Part shown: positions 17,409 to 27,266 of the stretch, in pieces
Layout: every line of letters begins with the position of its first letter
Numbering within the stretch: the first letter of the stretch is position 1
Assembly: GCA_964606505.1 (NCBI GenBank)
Contig: CAZSGM010000001.1
Span: 18,859 to 82,858 of the forward strand
Origin: an uncultured Lachnospiraceae bacterium
GTDB taxonomy: Bacteria > Bacillota > Clostridia > Christensenellales > UBA1242
Reading direction: 5' to 3'
DNA: 64,000 bases
Notes under the pieces: model-generated
Told to the model about the DNA's origin: nothing
The model's input: only the letters and a program-made list of their open reading frames with translations
Databases searched by the model: none
Translations under genes and position numbers: made by a program

Positions 17409-17774
17409 ATAATTCCTTTCTTTAATTTAATAAAGTATTATAACAAAAAATTACTAATTTAACAAGCATTTTACGCATACTGCTTTGAGCCTAATTTATG
17501 CGTGCAAAGCGCAAACTATGCGCAAGGCAAACTTCGCAATCAATTCAAATATTGCCAAAAGTTGCAATTCTAACATTTGCTTTGCCTTATCCTGCCACAA
17601 AAGTTTTTATGGTTATTATCCACACTCTCAAAAACAGCCTCTCGTTTAAACCATTAGCGCCCCCAACCCGCAGTTAAAGTACCCCACCCTCGCAGTTTTA
17701 AAGTCTGCGGCTTAAGGCATCCCCAAATATGTTACCCTATTTATACAATAAAAATAAACTAACCTATACAAAAT

Positions 17775-17805
17775 AAAAAACCGCTGTGGAAAATCCACAA
17801 CGGTT
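17775..17805 (-). terminator. intrinsic terminator after rplL
   Basis: CCGTTGTGGA-TTTT-CCACAGCGG stem (one mismatch) followed by a T run on the minus strand. Confidence 0.6.
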
Positions 17806-17825
17806 ACTATAGAAGTAAGATGAAA

Positions 17826-18206
17826 TTATTTAAGTTCGATAGTAGCGCCAGCAGCTTCAAGCTTTTCTTTCATAGCCTTAGCTTCTTCTGTAGCAACATT
17901 TTCTTTGATTGTAGCAGGAGCTTCATCAACGATTTTCTTAGCGTCCATAAGACCAACGCCAGCAACTTCCTTAATTGTCTTGATTGTTTCAGATCTCTTA
18001 TCAGCTGCATATGCTTTCAATACAACTGTGTATTCTGATTTTTCTTCAGCAGCAGCTGGAGCAGCAGCGCCAGCAGCTGGAGCAGCAGCTACAGCTACAG
18101 GAGCAGCAGCGCTAACACCAAATTCTTCTTCAAGTGCTTTTACAAGTTCACTTACTTGTGTAAGAGTCATACCCTTAACTACTTCAACAATTTCTTTAAT
18201 TTCCAT
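17826..18206 (-). CDS. rplL: 50S ribosomal protein L7/L12
   Basis: 126 aa. Ala-rich hinge and a C-terminal domain ..[19 protein letters not shown].. Confidence 0.95.
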   Translation of the reverse strand: MEIKEIVEVVKGMTLTQVSELVKALEEEFGVSAAAPVAVAAAPAAGAAAPAAAEEKSEYTVVLKAYAADKRSETIKTIKEVAGVGLMDAKKIVDEAPATIKENVATEEAKAMKEKLEAAGATIELK

Positions 18207-18256
18207 TTTAAATTTCCTCCAATTTTTATTGTTGTAATCATTATGCGCTTATGCGC

Positions 18257-18775
18257 TTAGTTTTTCTTTGCGATTGCATCCAATGCGCAAACCAAGTTTC
18301 TGCCAGTTGCAGACAATACTTGACAAAGTTGTGTTGCTGGAGCGTTGAGCATTCCAAGCAATTTTGCAACCAAAACCTCTCTTGATGGAAGTTCTGCAAG
18401 TGCTTTTACGCCTTCTTCGTCGATAAATTTCTTATCTACAAGACCAAATTTGATTGAGATTGTAGGATTGTCGGCAAGTGCGGACTTTGCAACCTTAGCT
18501 GCTGCAACTTCGTCGTCGTAACTAAATGCTACAGCCAAAGTGTTTTGTAATCTCTCTTCGTAACCCTCAATGCCAAGTTCGTTGAAAGCGCGCAAAACAA
18601 GTCTGTTCTTATAAACCTTATATTCGCAGTTGTTCTTTCTAAACTCTCTACGCAACTTCATATCGCTGTTTACGTTCATTCCGCTGTAGTCGATAAAGAT
18701 GATTGATTTTGCTCTTTGAGCCTTATCTTTAATTTCTTCTACAATCTGTTGTTTCTTTTCAAGATTAGCAGACAT
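18257..18775 (-). CDS. rplJ: 50S ribosomal protein L10
   Basis: Start moved to the ATG (MSANLEKKQQIVEEIK), 6 nt after AGGAGG. Lies upstream of rplL. Confidence 0.9.
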   Translation of the reverse strand: MSANLEKKQQIVEEIKDKAQRAKSIIFIDYSGMNVNSDMKLRREFRKNNCEYKVYKNRLVLRAFNELGIEGYEERLQNTLAVAFSYDDEVAAAKVAKSALADNPTISIKFGLVDKKFIDEEGVKALAELPSREVLVAKLLGMLNAPATQLCQVLSATGRNLVCALDAIAKKN

Positions 18776-18946
18776 TTCCATCCTCCTTACTATAGTATAC
18801 AAAAAACTCTATGCCTTGAGTGCATAGAGTATCATTGCGCAAAAACCCTGCGTTGTGCGCTTAATTTACCTACACATCTCCTCGGCAAGCTTGCTAGGCA
18901 ATTTGCGGGTAACCCCACTTGCTGTCTATGGCGATAGTTTCTTGTA
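18776..18946 (-). ncRNA. probable rplJ (L10) leader, an autoregulatory 5' UTR
   Basis: ~170-nt structured UTR between a near-consensus promoter and the rplJ SD (for example the hairpin CTCTATGCACTCAAGGCATAGAG). Family assignment rests on position only. Confidence 0.4.
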
Positions 18947-18952
18947 GGTAAT

Positions 18953-18981
18953 ATTATACAAGTTTTGTACCCTTTTGTCAA
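18953..18981 (-). promoter_or_regulatory. consensus SigA promoter of rplJL
   Basis: Minus strand: TTGACA (18976-18981), a 17-nt spacer, TATAAT (18953-18958). Confidence 0.75.
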
Positions 18982-19061
18982 GGGTTTTTATTAAATTATT
19001 TTTTTTGTCCACTTATTGGGTGCCAAGCGCCAACTTTTACGCACAACTCAACCTTAACCGC

Positions 19062-19721
19062 TTACTGATTAATGCAATCAATGATAAAATCTGCCGACGG
19101 AGAAGCGTACTTATGTTTAACTCCGACCGTTAAAATTCCTTGGTTTCGAGCGCTGTCAATATTCCTTTGCCCGTCCTCAAAAACAACGCATTCACTCTGC
19201 TTTAGGTTGAGACTCTTTTCATTGTACCCTGCCCTCGACGGAAGTTCGCAAACATTTTCATAGAAAAACGATTTGCCTAGCGTGCTATTTGTAAGCGAAA
19301 CAATATCTTTAAACAAGTCAGAAATACCCCATTTGTTTAAACACATCCTTATAATATCCAGATGTTGGTTTGACAAAATGTAGTATTCCTTCGTAGGGAA
19401 AGTTTCAAATATTTCCTTTGCGTAATCAAATAGCGGGATTTGTTCGTTTTTAGTCAACTCCATAAAACCCGCAACGTATTCATCTACCAATTTGTCAAAG
19501 TCAACTTTTTCGCCCGTAATTTCATCAATAATTTTCGCGTACTCAGGCACAGGTCTCCCAATGTATTTTTTGTAATCTTCCTCGGTTAAATCAATCCCAT
19601 ATTTTACTAAATTCTTTTTGTGCACAAGATAATTAAAGCGTTCCGTATCAGTAAGCGTCCCATCAAAATCAAAAATAAAAACCTTTTTATCCTTCAACAT
19701 CTCGTAAAGCAATTTGTCCAT
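19062..19721 (-). CDS. HAD-family hydrolase (beta-phosphoglucomutase-like subfamily)
   Basis: VFIFDFDGTLTDTE motif I; C-terminal FEDGQRNIDSA. Confidence 0.8.
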   Translation of the reverse strand: MDKLLYEMLKDKKVFIFDFDGTLTDTERFNYLVHKKNLVKYGIDLTEEDYKKYIGRPVPEYAKIIDEITGEKVDFDKLVDEYVAGFMELTKNEQIPLFDYAKEIFETFPTKEYYILSNQHLDIIRMCLNKWGISDLFKDIVSLTNSTLGKSFFYENVCELPSRAGYNEKSLNLKQSECVVFEDGQRNIDSARNQGILTVGVKHKYASPSADFIIDCINQ

Positions 19722-19772
19722 ATCGTTCTCCTATATATGTGAACATAATGTTACCAAAATTTTAAAAATTTG

Positions 19773-20459
19773 TCAACTCTGCTTTAGGTGCACGTCAAAG
19801 GTTTGTGTTTTGCCATTATAAAACGCCACTAAAATATTTTTTAAGTCGCGCTTGCTTTTTACGTTCAACTTTTCAAATAGCCACTCCTCACTCTTCCCAA
19901 GTTCCTGCAAAAAACTTTTATCTACTATCCCGTCAATAACCGCAAACTTCTTTAACTCCGCTTTGGGGTTCTCTAATTTTAAGTCGGCGGCAACCGTCGG
20001 CGCAAAATCCGACTTTGGTAAAATACTCATCTCCCCGCTAGTTTCAAAAATTGCGTATGCAACCCGCGACAGGTCAAAGTAGTTTTTACTTCGGCACATA
20101 GCGATGACGTCGCTAACGTCGAGCTTGGATTTTTTTAAGTTCGCGTAATCAATCTTGCCGTCCGATATAATTATGATTGGTTTGCCGCGCAAGGCCTTCT
20201 TCAAAAATGGCGTCGTTCGCTCTAGGTATGTTATCGTCAAACTAAGTAAAAAGAACACAACTATCGCAATCATATAAAAGTACCACGCCTTGTCTAGGTC
20301 GGTCGACCACTCTGCGGCGATACTGCCGATTGAAATGCCAACTGCATAATCCACAAAGTCAAGTTCCGCAATTTGCTTCTTGCCAAGTAGTTTCGCGACA
20401 ATAAACAACGCGACAAAACTATACACCGAGTTTAGTAATACAATAAATCCGTCAAACAT
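19773..20459 (-). CDS. DUF421 (YetF-like) membrane protein
   Basis: N-terminal TM pair with LLGKKQIAELDFVDYAVGISIGSIAAE, plus a soluble C-terminal domain. Confidence 0.65.
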   Translation of the reverse strand: MFDGFIVLLNSVYSFVALFIVAKLLGKKQIAELDFVDYAVGISIGSIAAEWSTDLDKAWYFYMIAIVVFFLLSLTITYLERTTPFLKKALRGKPIIIISDGKIDYANLKKSKLDVSDVIAMCRSKNYFDLSRVAYAIFETSGEMSILPKSDFAPTVAADLKLENPKAELKKFAVIDGIVDKSFLQELGKSEEWLFEKLNVKSKRDLKNILVAFYNGKTQTFDVHLKQS

Positions 20460-20746
20460 CCCCTCACTCCCTCGCGTTATTGTCTGCAGATTTTGTTTTT
20501 TTATGTAACTTTCCCAATGTTTTTACAACTATTTATAATTTTTCAAACTCACTTTTTTGCCTCAATTTTCAACAAAAATTTAACCTTTTTTCATTTTTCG
20601 ACATTTTTCTCCCAATTTTGTACAAAAATAATGCCATTTTTGTACAAAATTAGTTTTACTTTTACGCAAAGTGTGATAAAATCTCATTGTTTGACACGGG
20701 GCGGGTCATTCAAATAAAATTTTAAAAAGGCAAATAGGGTTATAGA

Positions 20747-21505
20747 ATGAAACAAAAATTACTTATCGCGCAAGACGAAGAAACTTGCCAAAACTTAAGC
20801 GCATACTTTTCGAGTATGCTTGATTACGAGGTTGTAGGTACAACCACTACCGCAGACGAAACAATCGACGCAGTTGTAAACTGTCAACCGGACATTGTTG
20901 TGCTTGACTTAATACTGCAAGGAAAGGATGGGTTTTCTGTAATTGATTACATACAGAACAATCTCGCGTCAAACAAACCAAAAATTATTGTACTCACGGC
21001 ACTTACGCACGAAACGTTTGTAACTAAGGCACTCAACAGTGGCGCAAACGATTTTGTTGCAAAGCCTTTCGACAATGATATTTTGAAAAGACACATCAAC
21101 GAACTGTTGCAGATCAATGACGGCGTTTTAACAATGTCAAAGCCAAAAGTACGCGGTTTTGACGAACGCATTACGAGCATATTCTTGACCGTTGGAATAC
21201 CCGCTCACATCAAAGGCTTCCAGTACTTGCGTGAAGCAATCAAATTGAGCATTAAAGAGCCTGACATTATCAACAGCATAACAAAGGAACTTTATCCTGC
21301 GATTGCGAGCAGGTTTGAAACTTCCCCTAGCAAAGTTGAACGCGCTATTAGGCACGCAATTGAAGTTGCGTGGAACAGGGGCAAGATTGAAAACATCAAC
21401 ACCATTTTTGGCATAAGAGTTTATGAGAACAACGAGAAACCAACAAACAGCGAGTTTATTGCACTTATCTCGGATAAACTTATACTCGACGCCGCACAAA
21501 ATTAA
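20747..21505 (+). CDS. spo0A: sporulation master regulator Spo0A
   Basis: Receiver domain plus the Spo0A_C signature GIPAHIKGFQYLREAI...ITKELYPAIASRFETSPSKVERAIRHAIEVAWNRG. Confidence 0.9.
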   Translation: MKQKLLIAQDEETCQNLSAYFSSMLDYEVVGTTTTADETIDAVVNCQPDIVVLDLILQGKDGFSVIDYIQNNLASNKPKIIVLTALTHETFVTKALNSGANDFVAKPFDNDILKRHINELLQINDGVLTMSKPKVRGFDERITSIFLTVGIPAHIKGFQYLREAIKLSIKEPDIINSITKELYPAIASRFETSPSKVERAIRHAIEVAWNRGKIENINTIFGIRVYENNEKPTNSEFIALISDKLILDAAQN

Positions 21506-21747
21506 GACTAATCGCCATAGCAACAAAAACGCGGGACTTTTGAAGTCCTGCGTTTTTTAATTGTTATAAATAAATCTTTGCGTGTTGCACAATAAACCTT
21601 TGAGTAAAAATAAAAAACTAAGCAATTCAATCGCTGGAATTGCTTAGTTAATAAAATAATCTACCTTTTAACTACAATGTTTTCTTATTTCATTTAACAT
21701 TGGGGCTTTAAATCAACAAGGCTGCCAATGTTAAACCGCTCACTTCT

Positions 21748-23352
21748 TTACTTTGTTACCCATTCGGCGATTTTTTCGGCAGACTTGACGCCGTCTTGCG
21801 CGCTGGTTATAATCCCGCCTGCGTAACCTGCACCCTCTCCGATTGGAAACAGTCCCGCAATGCTTGCCTGCGCCAACTCGTTGCGCGTTACTTGCACTGG
21901 ACAACTTGACCTACTTTCAATTGCGGTCATTATGGCGTTATCGCTCGCAAAACCCCTGATTTTCTTATCAAAAATCGGGAGCGCAAGTTTGAGGCTGTCG
22001 GCAACAAAAGGCGGCAGACATTCGCGCAAATCGGCATACTTAACTTGCGGCTTGTAGGTTGGCGCGCAAACGTCGTTTTTCGCGCCGTCCGCATTTGTAT
22101 CGCGCGCTTTGGTTGCACCACTCAAAAAGTCGCCAACTTTTTCGCACGGAGCACAATAGTTACCCCCACCCAAAATGTACGCTTTATGCTCCCACTCTCT
22201 TTGGAAGTAGAGTCCGTCGAGCGGGTTGTCGTTGTAAAAGTCGTCGGGCGAAACATTGACCAGTACTGCGGAATTTGCGTTTTCAAGGTCGCGCGCGAAA
22301 TTGCTCATCCCGTTAGTAACAATTGTTTCTTCTTCGCAACTGCTCGCGACGACTTGTCCCCCTGGGCACATACAAAAAGTGAACACGCTGCGCCCGTTTT
22401 CTAAATGCGCGACGAGCTTATAGTCAGCAGGCGGCAGGCGGTCGTCAAGCGTCCCGTACTGACTCAAATTAATGTCCTTTTGCTTGTGCTCAATTCGCAC
22501 GCCCATCGCAAATGGTTTTGGCTGCATAACGACGCCCTTTTTGTTTAGCAATTCAAAAACATCTATTGCACTATGCCCGACACCAAGCGCAAGCACGTTC
22601 GTTTGAAACTCGATAAGTTCGCCACTTGTTAGCGACTGCGCCGTAACGCTTTTAACTTGGTTTTCGTCCGTGCTAAAATCGACAAACTTATGTTGGAACA
22701 ACACTTGCCCGCCCAAACTTTCAATTTTGCGCCTAATATTTTTGACAACTTTGACAAGGTTGTCGCTGCCTATATGCGGTTTTGACTTGTAAAAAATTTC
22801 TTTAGGTGCGCCTGCCAAAATAAACTCGTTAATTACCTTTTTACAGATTTCATTGGTAATGTTAGAATTAAGTTTGCCGTCGCTGAACGTTCCCGCGCCG
22901 CCCTCGCCGAACTGCACATTGCTCGTTTTGCACAACTTACCCGTTTCCCAAAACTCCGCGACATCGCGCTGCCGTTCATCCACAGTTTTACCTTGCTCCA
23001 AAACAATTGGCTTGAGCCCCATTATACTCAAGGCAAGTGCGCAAAACATTCCGCTCGCGCCGAAGCCGACAACTACGGGGCGCGTTTGCCCTGACACTTT
23101 CTCGTACTGCAACCCTGAGTAGTCAACTAGGGTAGTCTGAAAATGCTTAAAGTTCTTGTAACTCTTTTTCACTTCTACCGCAACATTTAGCACATACTGG
23201 ATGTTCTGCTTGTTGCGCGCGTCGATTGCCTCTTTTATCTTGTGAATGCTCAAAATTTCGCCGTCGCGAGCGCGCATTTTCCTTTTGCACTCGCAAAATA
23301 GGTCGCGCTCAGTATAGCCAATATTGAGTTTTAAGCCTGTTATTAGTAACAT
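21748..23352 (-). CDS. FAD-dependent protein (COG2509-like uncharacterised dehydrogenase)
   Basis: 534 aa. Dinucleotide fold VVVGFGASGMF and a conserved C-terminus GLFPIGEGAGYAGGI. Confidence 0.7.
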   Translation of the reverse strand: MLLITGLKLNIGYTERDLFCECKRKMRARDGEILSIHKIKEAIDARNKQNIQYVLNVAVEVKKSYKNFKHFQTTLVDYSGLQYEKVSGQTRPVVVGFGASGMFCALALSIMGLKPIVLEQGKTVDERQRDVAEFWETGKLCKTSNVQFGEGGAGTFSDGKLNSNITNEICKKVINEFILAGAPKEIFYKSKPHIGSDNLVKVVKNIRRKIESLGGQVLFQHKFVDFSTDENQVKSVTAQSLTSGELIEFQTNVLALGVGHSAIDVFELLNKKGVVMQPKPFAMGVRIEHKQKDINLSQYGTLDDRLPPADYKLVAHLENGRSVFTFCMCPGGQVVASSCEEETIVTNGMSNFARDLENANSAVLVNVSPDDFYNDNPLDGLYFQREWEHKAYILGGGNYCAPCEKVGDFLSGATKARDTNADGAKNDVCAPTYKPQVKYADLRECLPPFVADSLKLALPIFDKKIRGFASDNAIMTAIESRSSCPVQVTRNELAQASIAGLFPIGEGAGYAGGIITSAQDGVKSAEKIAEWVTK

Positions 23353-23392
23353 TTTCTCTCCTTAATTATCCCCCAAAAAAAGTTAAATCATT

Positions 23393-24526
23393 TTACATCT
23401 TTTTCAAAATTTGATTACCAACAATCATTGCGCTTGTGCTCGCCCACTGCAAATTATATCCGCCGCAAAGTCCGTCCACGTCGAGACACTCGCCCGTAAA
23501 AAACAGGTTTTCGGTGGTTTTACTCATTAGATTTTCGTCAACGCTAGCTAGCGGAACGCCGCCGCTAAAAACTTGGTAATTATCCATTGGTTTTGAGGGG
23601 GTTATTTTGTAGTTTTTGATAAGGTGCGCTAGGTTTTCTATATCCGCCTTTGTGTTGCAACCATTTTTGCAGTTTGCCTTTTCCAGCAAGTTTCTTGCAA
23701 GCGCAGGATGAAAAATGCCAATTAAAATATTTTCAAGCTTTCCCTGCCTTTGTAGCAACATCCCTTCGATTTTATCACTGCTAAAGTTTGGCATAAAGTC
23801 AACTGTTATCGTTGCGTTGTAATTTTTGCGGCGCGCAAGATACGCTGACAGGTTAAAAATCAAAATCCCGCTAACCGCGTTTTCTTTGAACAGGATTTCA
23901 CCCTTTTCAGACACGCCCAACTCGTCGATTGTTGCGACAACATTATCAACGCGCACGCCGTTTAGTCCTTTGTTTGTTTGTGTTTGCAGGCTCACAAGGC
24001 TTGGGGAGCAGGGGATAAAGTTTGCGTGCAGGTTTTTAAACATTGCATGCGCAGGGTTGCCACCGACGGAGATAATGCAGGTTTTGCAACGTATGGTGCA
24101 GGTTGAAGTTTTTACGGAAAACACGTCCCCGCACTTAGCGATAGCGGTTGCCTCACTATCTAAAAACATTGTTACCTTACCGTCGATGCCGTTTCTAAGC
24201 ACATCGAGGACGCTCGTCGCTGTGTTACTGAACGGGTACACGCGCCCCTCGGAGTCTGCGTAAGTGAGGAGCCCTAAGTTTTCGTAGAAACGCAAGTTTT
24301 CATTAAGCCCGAAGCGCGAAAAGTAGCCCGACAAGTCGGCGTTATAAAAAGAACTATCAACCCTCAAATTCGTGAGGTTGCAACGGCCATTTCCCGTCGC
24401 CAAAATCTTTTTGCCGACCCTGTCCGCCTTTTCAATTACGGCGACCCTCATTTTGTCGCAAAGCAAGTTAGCGCAAACCAGCCCACTCGCGCCCCCGCCT
24501 ACAATCACAACATCAAATTCTTCCAT
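23393..24526 (-). CDS. HI0933/BaiN-family NAD(P)/FAD-dependent oxidoreductase
   Basis: FDVVIVGGGASGL at the N-terminus, GNGRCNLTN, and C-terminal FFTGECLDVDGLCGGYNLQWA. Confidence 0.8.
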   Translation of the reverse strand: MEEFDVVIVGGGASGLVCANLLCDKMRVAVIEKADRVGKKILATGNGRCNLTNLRVDSSFYNADLSGYFSRFGLNENLRFYENLGLLTYADSEGRVYPFSNTATSVLDVLRNGIDGKVTMFLDSEATAIAKCGDVFSVKTSTCTIRCKTCIISVGGNPAHAMFKNLHANFIPCSPSLVSLQTQTNKGLNGVRVDNVVATIDELGVSEKGEILFKENAVSGILIFNLSAYLARRKNYNATITVDFMPNFSSDKIEGMLLQRQGKLENILIGIFHPALARNLLEKANCKNGCNTKADIENLAHLIKNYKITPSKPMDNYQVFSGGVPLASVDENLMSKTTENLFFTGECLDVDGLCGGYNLQWASTSAMIVGNQILKKM

Positions 24527-24755
24527 TTCTTCTCCCCTTTGCCTAATTTCAAACTTTCACTTTACCAAAAACGCTCGATTACTCTTGTGCCTTTACTTAA
24601 CAGTGAATGTCCTACAATTTTTGCGCATTTAGTTTGCACAATATTCCCCTTTTACGTTCTCGCGCACACGCGCACATTATGCAATGCCTTTTGTGCGCTT
24701 ATCCGCGCGTTCGTGCCTAGAAAAATAAGACAGCAAAGCCGTCTTATTTTTGTAA

Positions 24756-25607
24756 CTATTTAACTATCTTGCTAGCAATAAACAAGACTCCGAGCGTACC
24801 CGCGCCACAGTGGCTTGCAATTGTTGCGCCCGCGCTTGTTTCGTAAATTGTCTCAAACTTGCCCTCTAGTTTACTTCTTGCAACGTCAACAATTTCTTTG
24901 TCGATAGGAGTATGTGTTATAAACACTCTCTTCCTGTCGTACTCAGGGTTACTTGCAAGCGTGTTATCGACATAGTTTTCGATAACTTTTTCCATCTTAC
25001 CAATGTACTTTTTACCGACAATCATTTCGCCGTCTTTAACCAAAATTTCCGGCTTAATGCGCAAGAACTTAGCGCTCAAGTTTGCTGCGCCGCTACATCT
25101 CCCGCCCTTGTGCATATAGTCAAGGTTTCCCAAAATAAAGGACGCTTGAACATACTTAACCAAATCCTCACAACTCTTTGCGATTATTGGCGGCTCAACT
25201 CCACGTTCTGCTAAGTCGCAAGCGTTAAGTGCAAGCAGTGCCATACCTGTACTAAGCGACTTTGTGTCGACAACAAACACCTTGTTCCCGTAATCCTCAC
25301 TCGCTTTGGTGGCGTTGTTGTAACAACTAGACATCTTACCCGAAACGACAAAGTGGATAACGCAGTCTGCGTCTTTGAGTAGGTTATCAAAATACTCTTG
25401 GTAAACCATTATGCTAGGTGAGGCAGTTTTGGGTAACTCTCCCGACTGTTTTACAAACTCAAAAAGTTCATCGGTCGTAATGTCGACCCCGTCGCGTCTT
25501 GTAATATCTTTTAAGGTAACCAATAGCGGCATAACAGCAATGTTGTATTTTTCAATCAACTCACTGTTCAAATCTGCCGTACTATCAACTGAAATTCTTA
25601 TTTTCAT
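24756..25607 (-). CDS. DegV-family fatty-acid-binding protein
   Basis: MKIRISVDSTADL start with a GGGAG SD. DegV pattern throughout. Confidence 0.85.
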   Translation of the reverse strand: MKIRISVDSTADLNSELIEKYNIAVMPLLVTLKDITRRDGVDITTDELFEFVKQSGELPKTASPSIMVYQEYFDNLLKDADCVIHFVVSGKMSSCYNNATKASEDYGNKVFVVDTKSLSTGMALLALNACDLAERGVEPPIIAKSCEDLVKYVQASFILGNLDYMHKGGRCSGAANLSAKFLRIKPEILVKDGEMIVGKKYIGKMEKVIENYVDNTLASNPEYDRKRVFITHTPIDKEIVDVARSKLEGKFETIYETSAGATIASHCGAGTLGVLFIASKIVK

Positions 25608-25764
25608 AATAACTCCCATAAACGTTTTCGTTCTATAATTATATAGTTTTTTCGCATTTAAGTCAAGTATATCAAATAAATACTTGTTTTTTTTGTACTT
25701 TTTATATATAATTATATATACTATTTTTTTTGAAAATCTTAAAATCTACAAAGGAAGGTCAAAT

Positions 25765-26550
25765 GTGGCTAAAAAAGAGTGTGTACACGCTGGGCATAGA
25801 GAAAGAATGCGTTCAAAGATATTAAACAACCACGTTAATGTTATGCTCGACCACGAATTGCTTGAGGTGTTACTCTACTATTCGTTGCCAAGGCAAAACA
25901 CTAATGAAATCGCACACGAACTCATCCAGTCGTTTGGGACACTTGCAAATGTTTTCAAGGCGGATGCAGACGAACTTCACTCGGTTTGTGGCGTATCTAT
26001 GAAATCAATTTCACTTATTAAACTATTTCAAGAACTATTCAATAGATACAACGAGTTAATACGCTTGCCAAGGACAAAAATCTCCTCTACAAGCACTATG
26101 CATTCATATTTTGAAAAGTTTATGAACGACGCACCTGAAGAAGAACTGTTTATTGCTTATATTGATGAATCGCTAGAGATTTATGCTTGCGAAAAAATCG
26201 CAACAGGCTCATCATCCGAAGTTGGGACAACTATGGATGACATCATCTTAAATATTCAAAGAAAACATCCTTCTAAAATTGCGTTATCACACAATCACCC
26301 TTTCACGTCTTGTATGCCGTCTAAGAGTGATGTTATTTCTACGTTTAGAATTAAACTGTTTTTGCGTCTTTTAAATATTGAACTGGTGGAACATATTATA
26401 TTTGGAAATGACGGCTATTGTAGTTGTATGGACGTAGTTAATAATTTGTGTATGCAATTTGACGACGCATTAAGCGATGTTTCAAAAAGTTTTGATTACA
26501 GGGTAAACGTACAACGCCACAAGGTGATTCAATATGTTGAAGATATATAA
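25765..26550 (+). CDS. radC: RadC-like JAB-domain protein
   Basis: GTG start 6 nt after AAGGAAGG. GHRERMRSK ... HhH region; JAB motif LSHNHP. Confidence 0.8.
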   Translation: MAKKECVHAGHRERMRSKILNNHVNVMLDHELLEVLLYYSLPRQNTNEIAHELIQSFGTLANVFKADADELHSVCGVSMKSISLIKLFQELFNRYNELIRLPRTKISSTSTMHSYFEKFMNDAPEEELFIAYIDESLEIYACEKIATGSSSEVGTTMDDIILNIQRKHPSKIALSHNHPFTSCMPSKSDVISTFRIKLFLRLLNIELVEHIIFGNDGYCSCMDVVNNLCMQFDDALSDVSKSFDYRVNVQRHKVIQYVEDI

Positions 26551-27196
26551 ATATGAAGAATTAAAGCCGTTTTCCTATTTCTCGATAGGTTGCTATGTTG
26601 CATTTTTAGTCAGTATGAGCACTTTGTTCATACCATTGTTTTTCAATAAAACTACAAAGACGTTTTACAGTTTAATTGACATTTTATCACTCAACTTTAC
26701 TTCGATTAATATTTTAGTCGGTGTGTTGCTGTTTTGTTTCTGTCTAATATTTTTGTTTAACTTTTTGTTTGAGCCGTCGTGGCTGACATTCTTTATTAAT
26801 GTTGCGATAATTATCTTTATGTTTATTTCGCCACTATTATTAAAGGGACAACTTGTACCACTGCTTCGCATTTACAACTCGACGCTTTCAATGCATATAG
26901 GGGCAATTTTGATTATGCTCTGCGCCGTTGCTTACATCGCGCTAGAGTTATACAAAATTAGCATACTGGACAAATTTGTAAACAGAAACATCCTAAACAA
27001 GCGCGACTTGCTTATGCAGAAATTTAAAAATGCAAAGAAATTCTACCTGCACCACTCACAATCAAAAAATGCTAAATTCAAAAAGCACTACCGCGTTAGA
27101 AAACCACGCGTAAAATGTAACGTTCGCTACAAGCGCGCTAATCTAGTAAAAACCGCTGAGTACCTAAAGTATCTTGAGGAAGTTTACAAGATTTAG
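26534..27196 (+). CDS. hypothetical polytopic membrane protein with a basic C-terminus
   Basis: 220 aa with ~5 hydrophobic helices. No recognisable family. Confidence 0.5.
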   Translation: MLKIYKYEELKPFSYFSIGCYVAFLVSMSTLFIPLFFNKTTKTFYSLIDILSLNFTSINILVGVLLFCFCLIFLFNFLFEPSWLTFFINVAIIIFMFISPLLLKGQLVPLLRIYNSTLSMHIGAILIMLCAVAYIALELYKISILDKFVNRNILNKRDLLMQKFKNAKKFYLHHSQSKNAKFKKHYRVRKPRVKCNVRYKRANLVKTAEYLKYLEEVYKI

Positions 27197-27266
27197 CCAA
27201 AACACCGCAGCGTGTAACAAAAAAAGCCAAAAGATTTAAACTTTTGGCTTTTTTATATTTTGAAGG

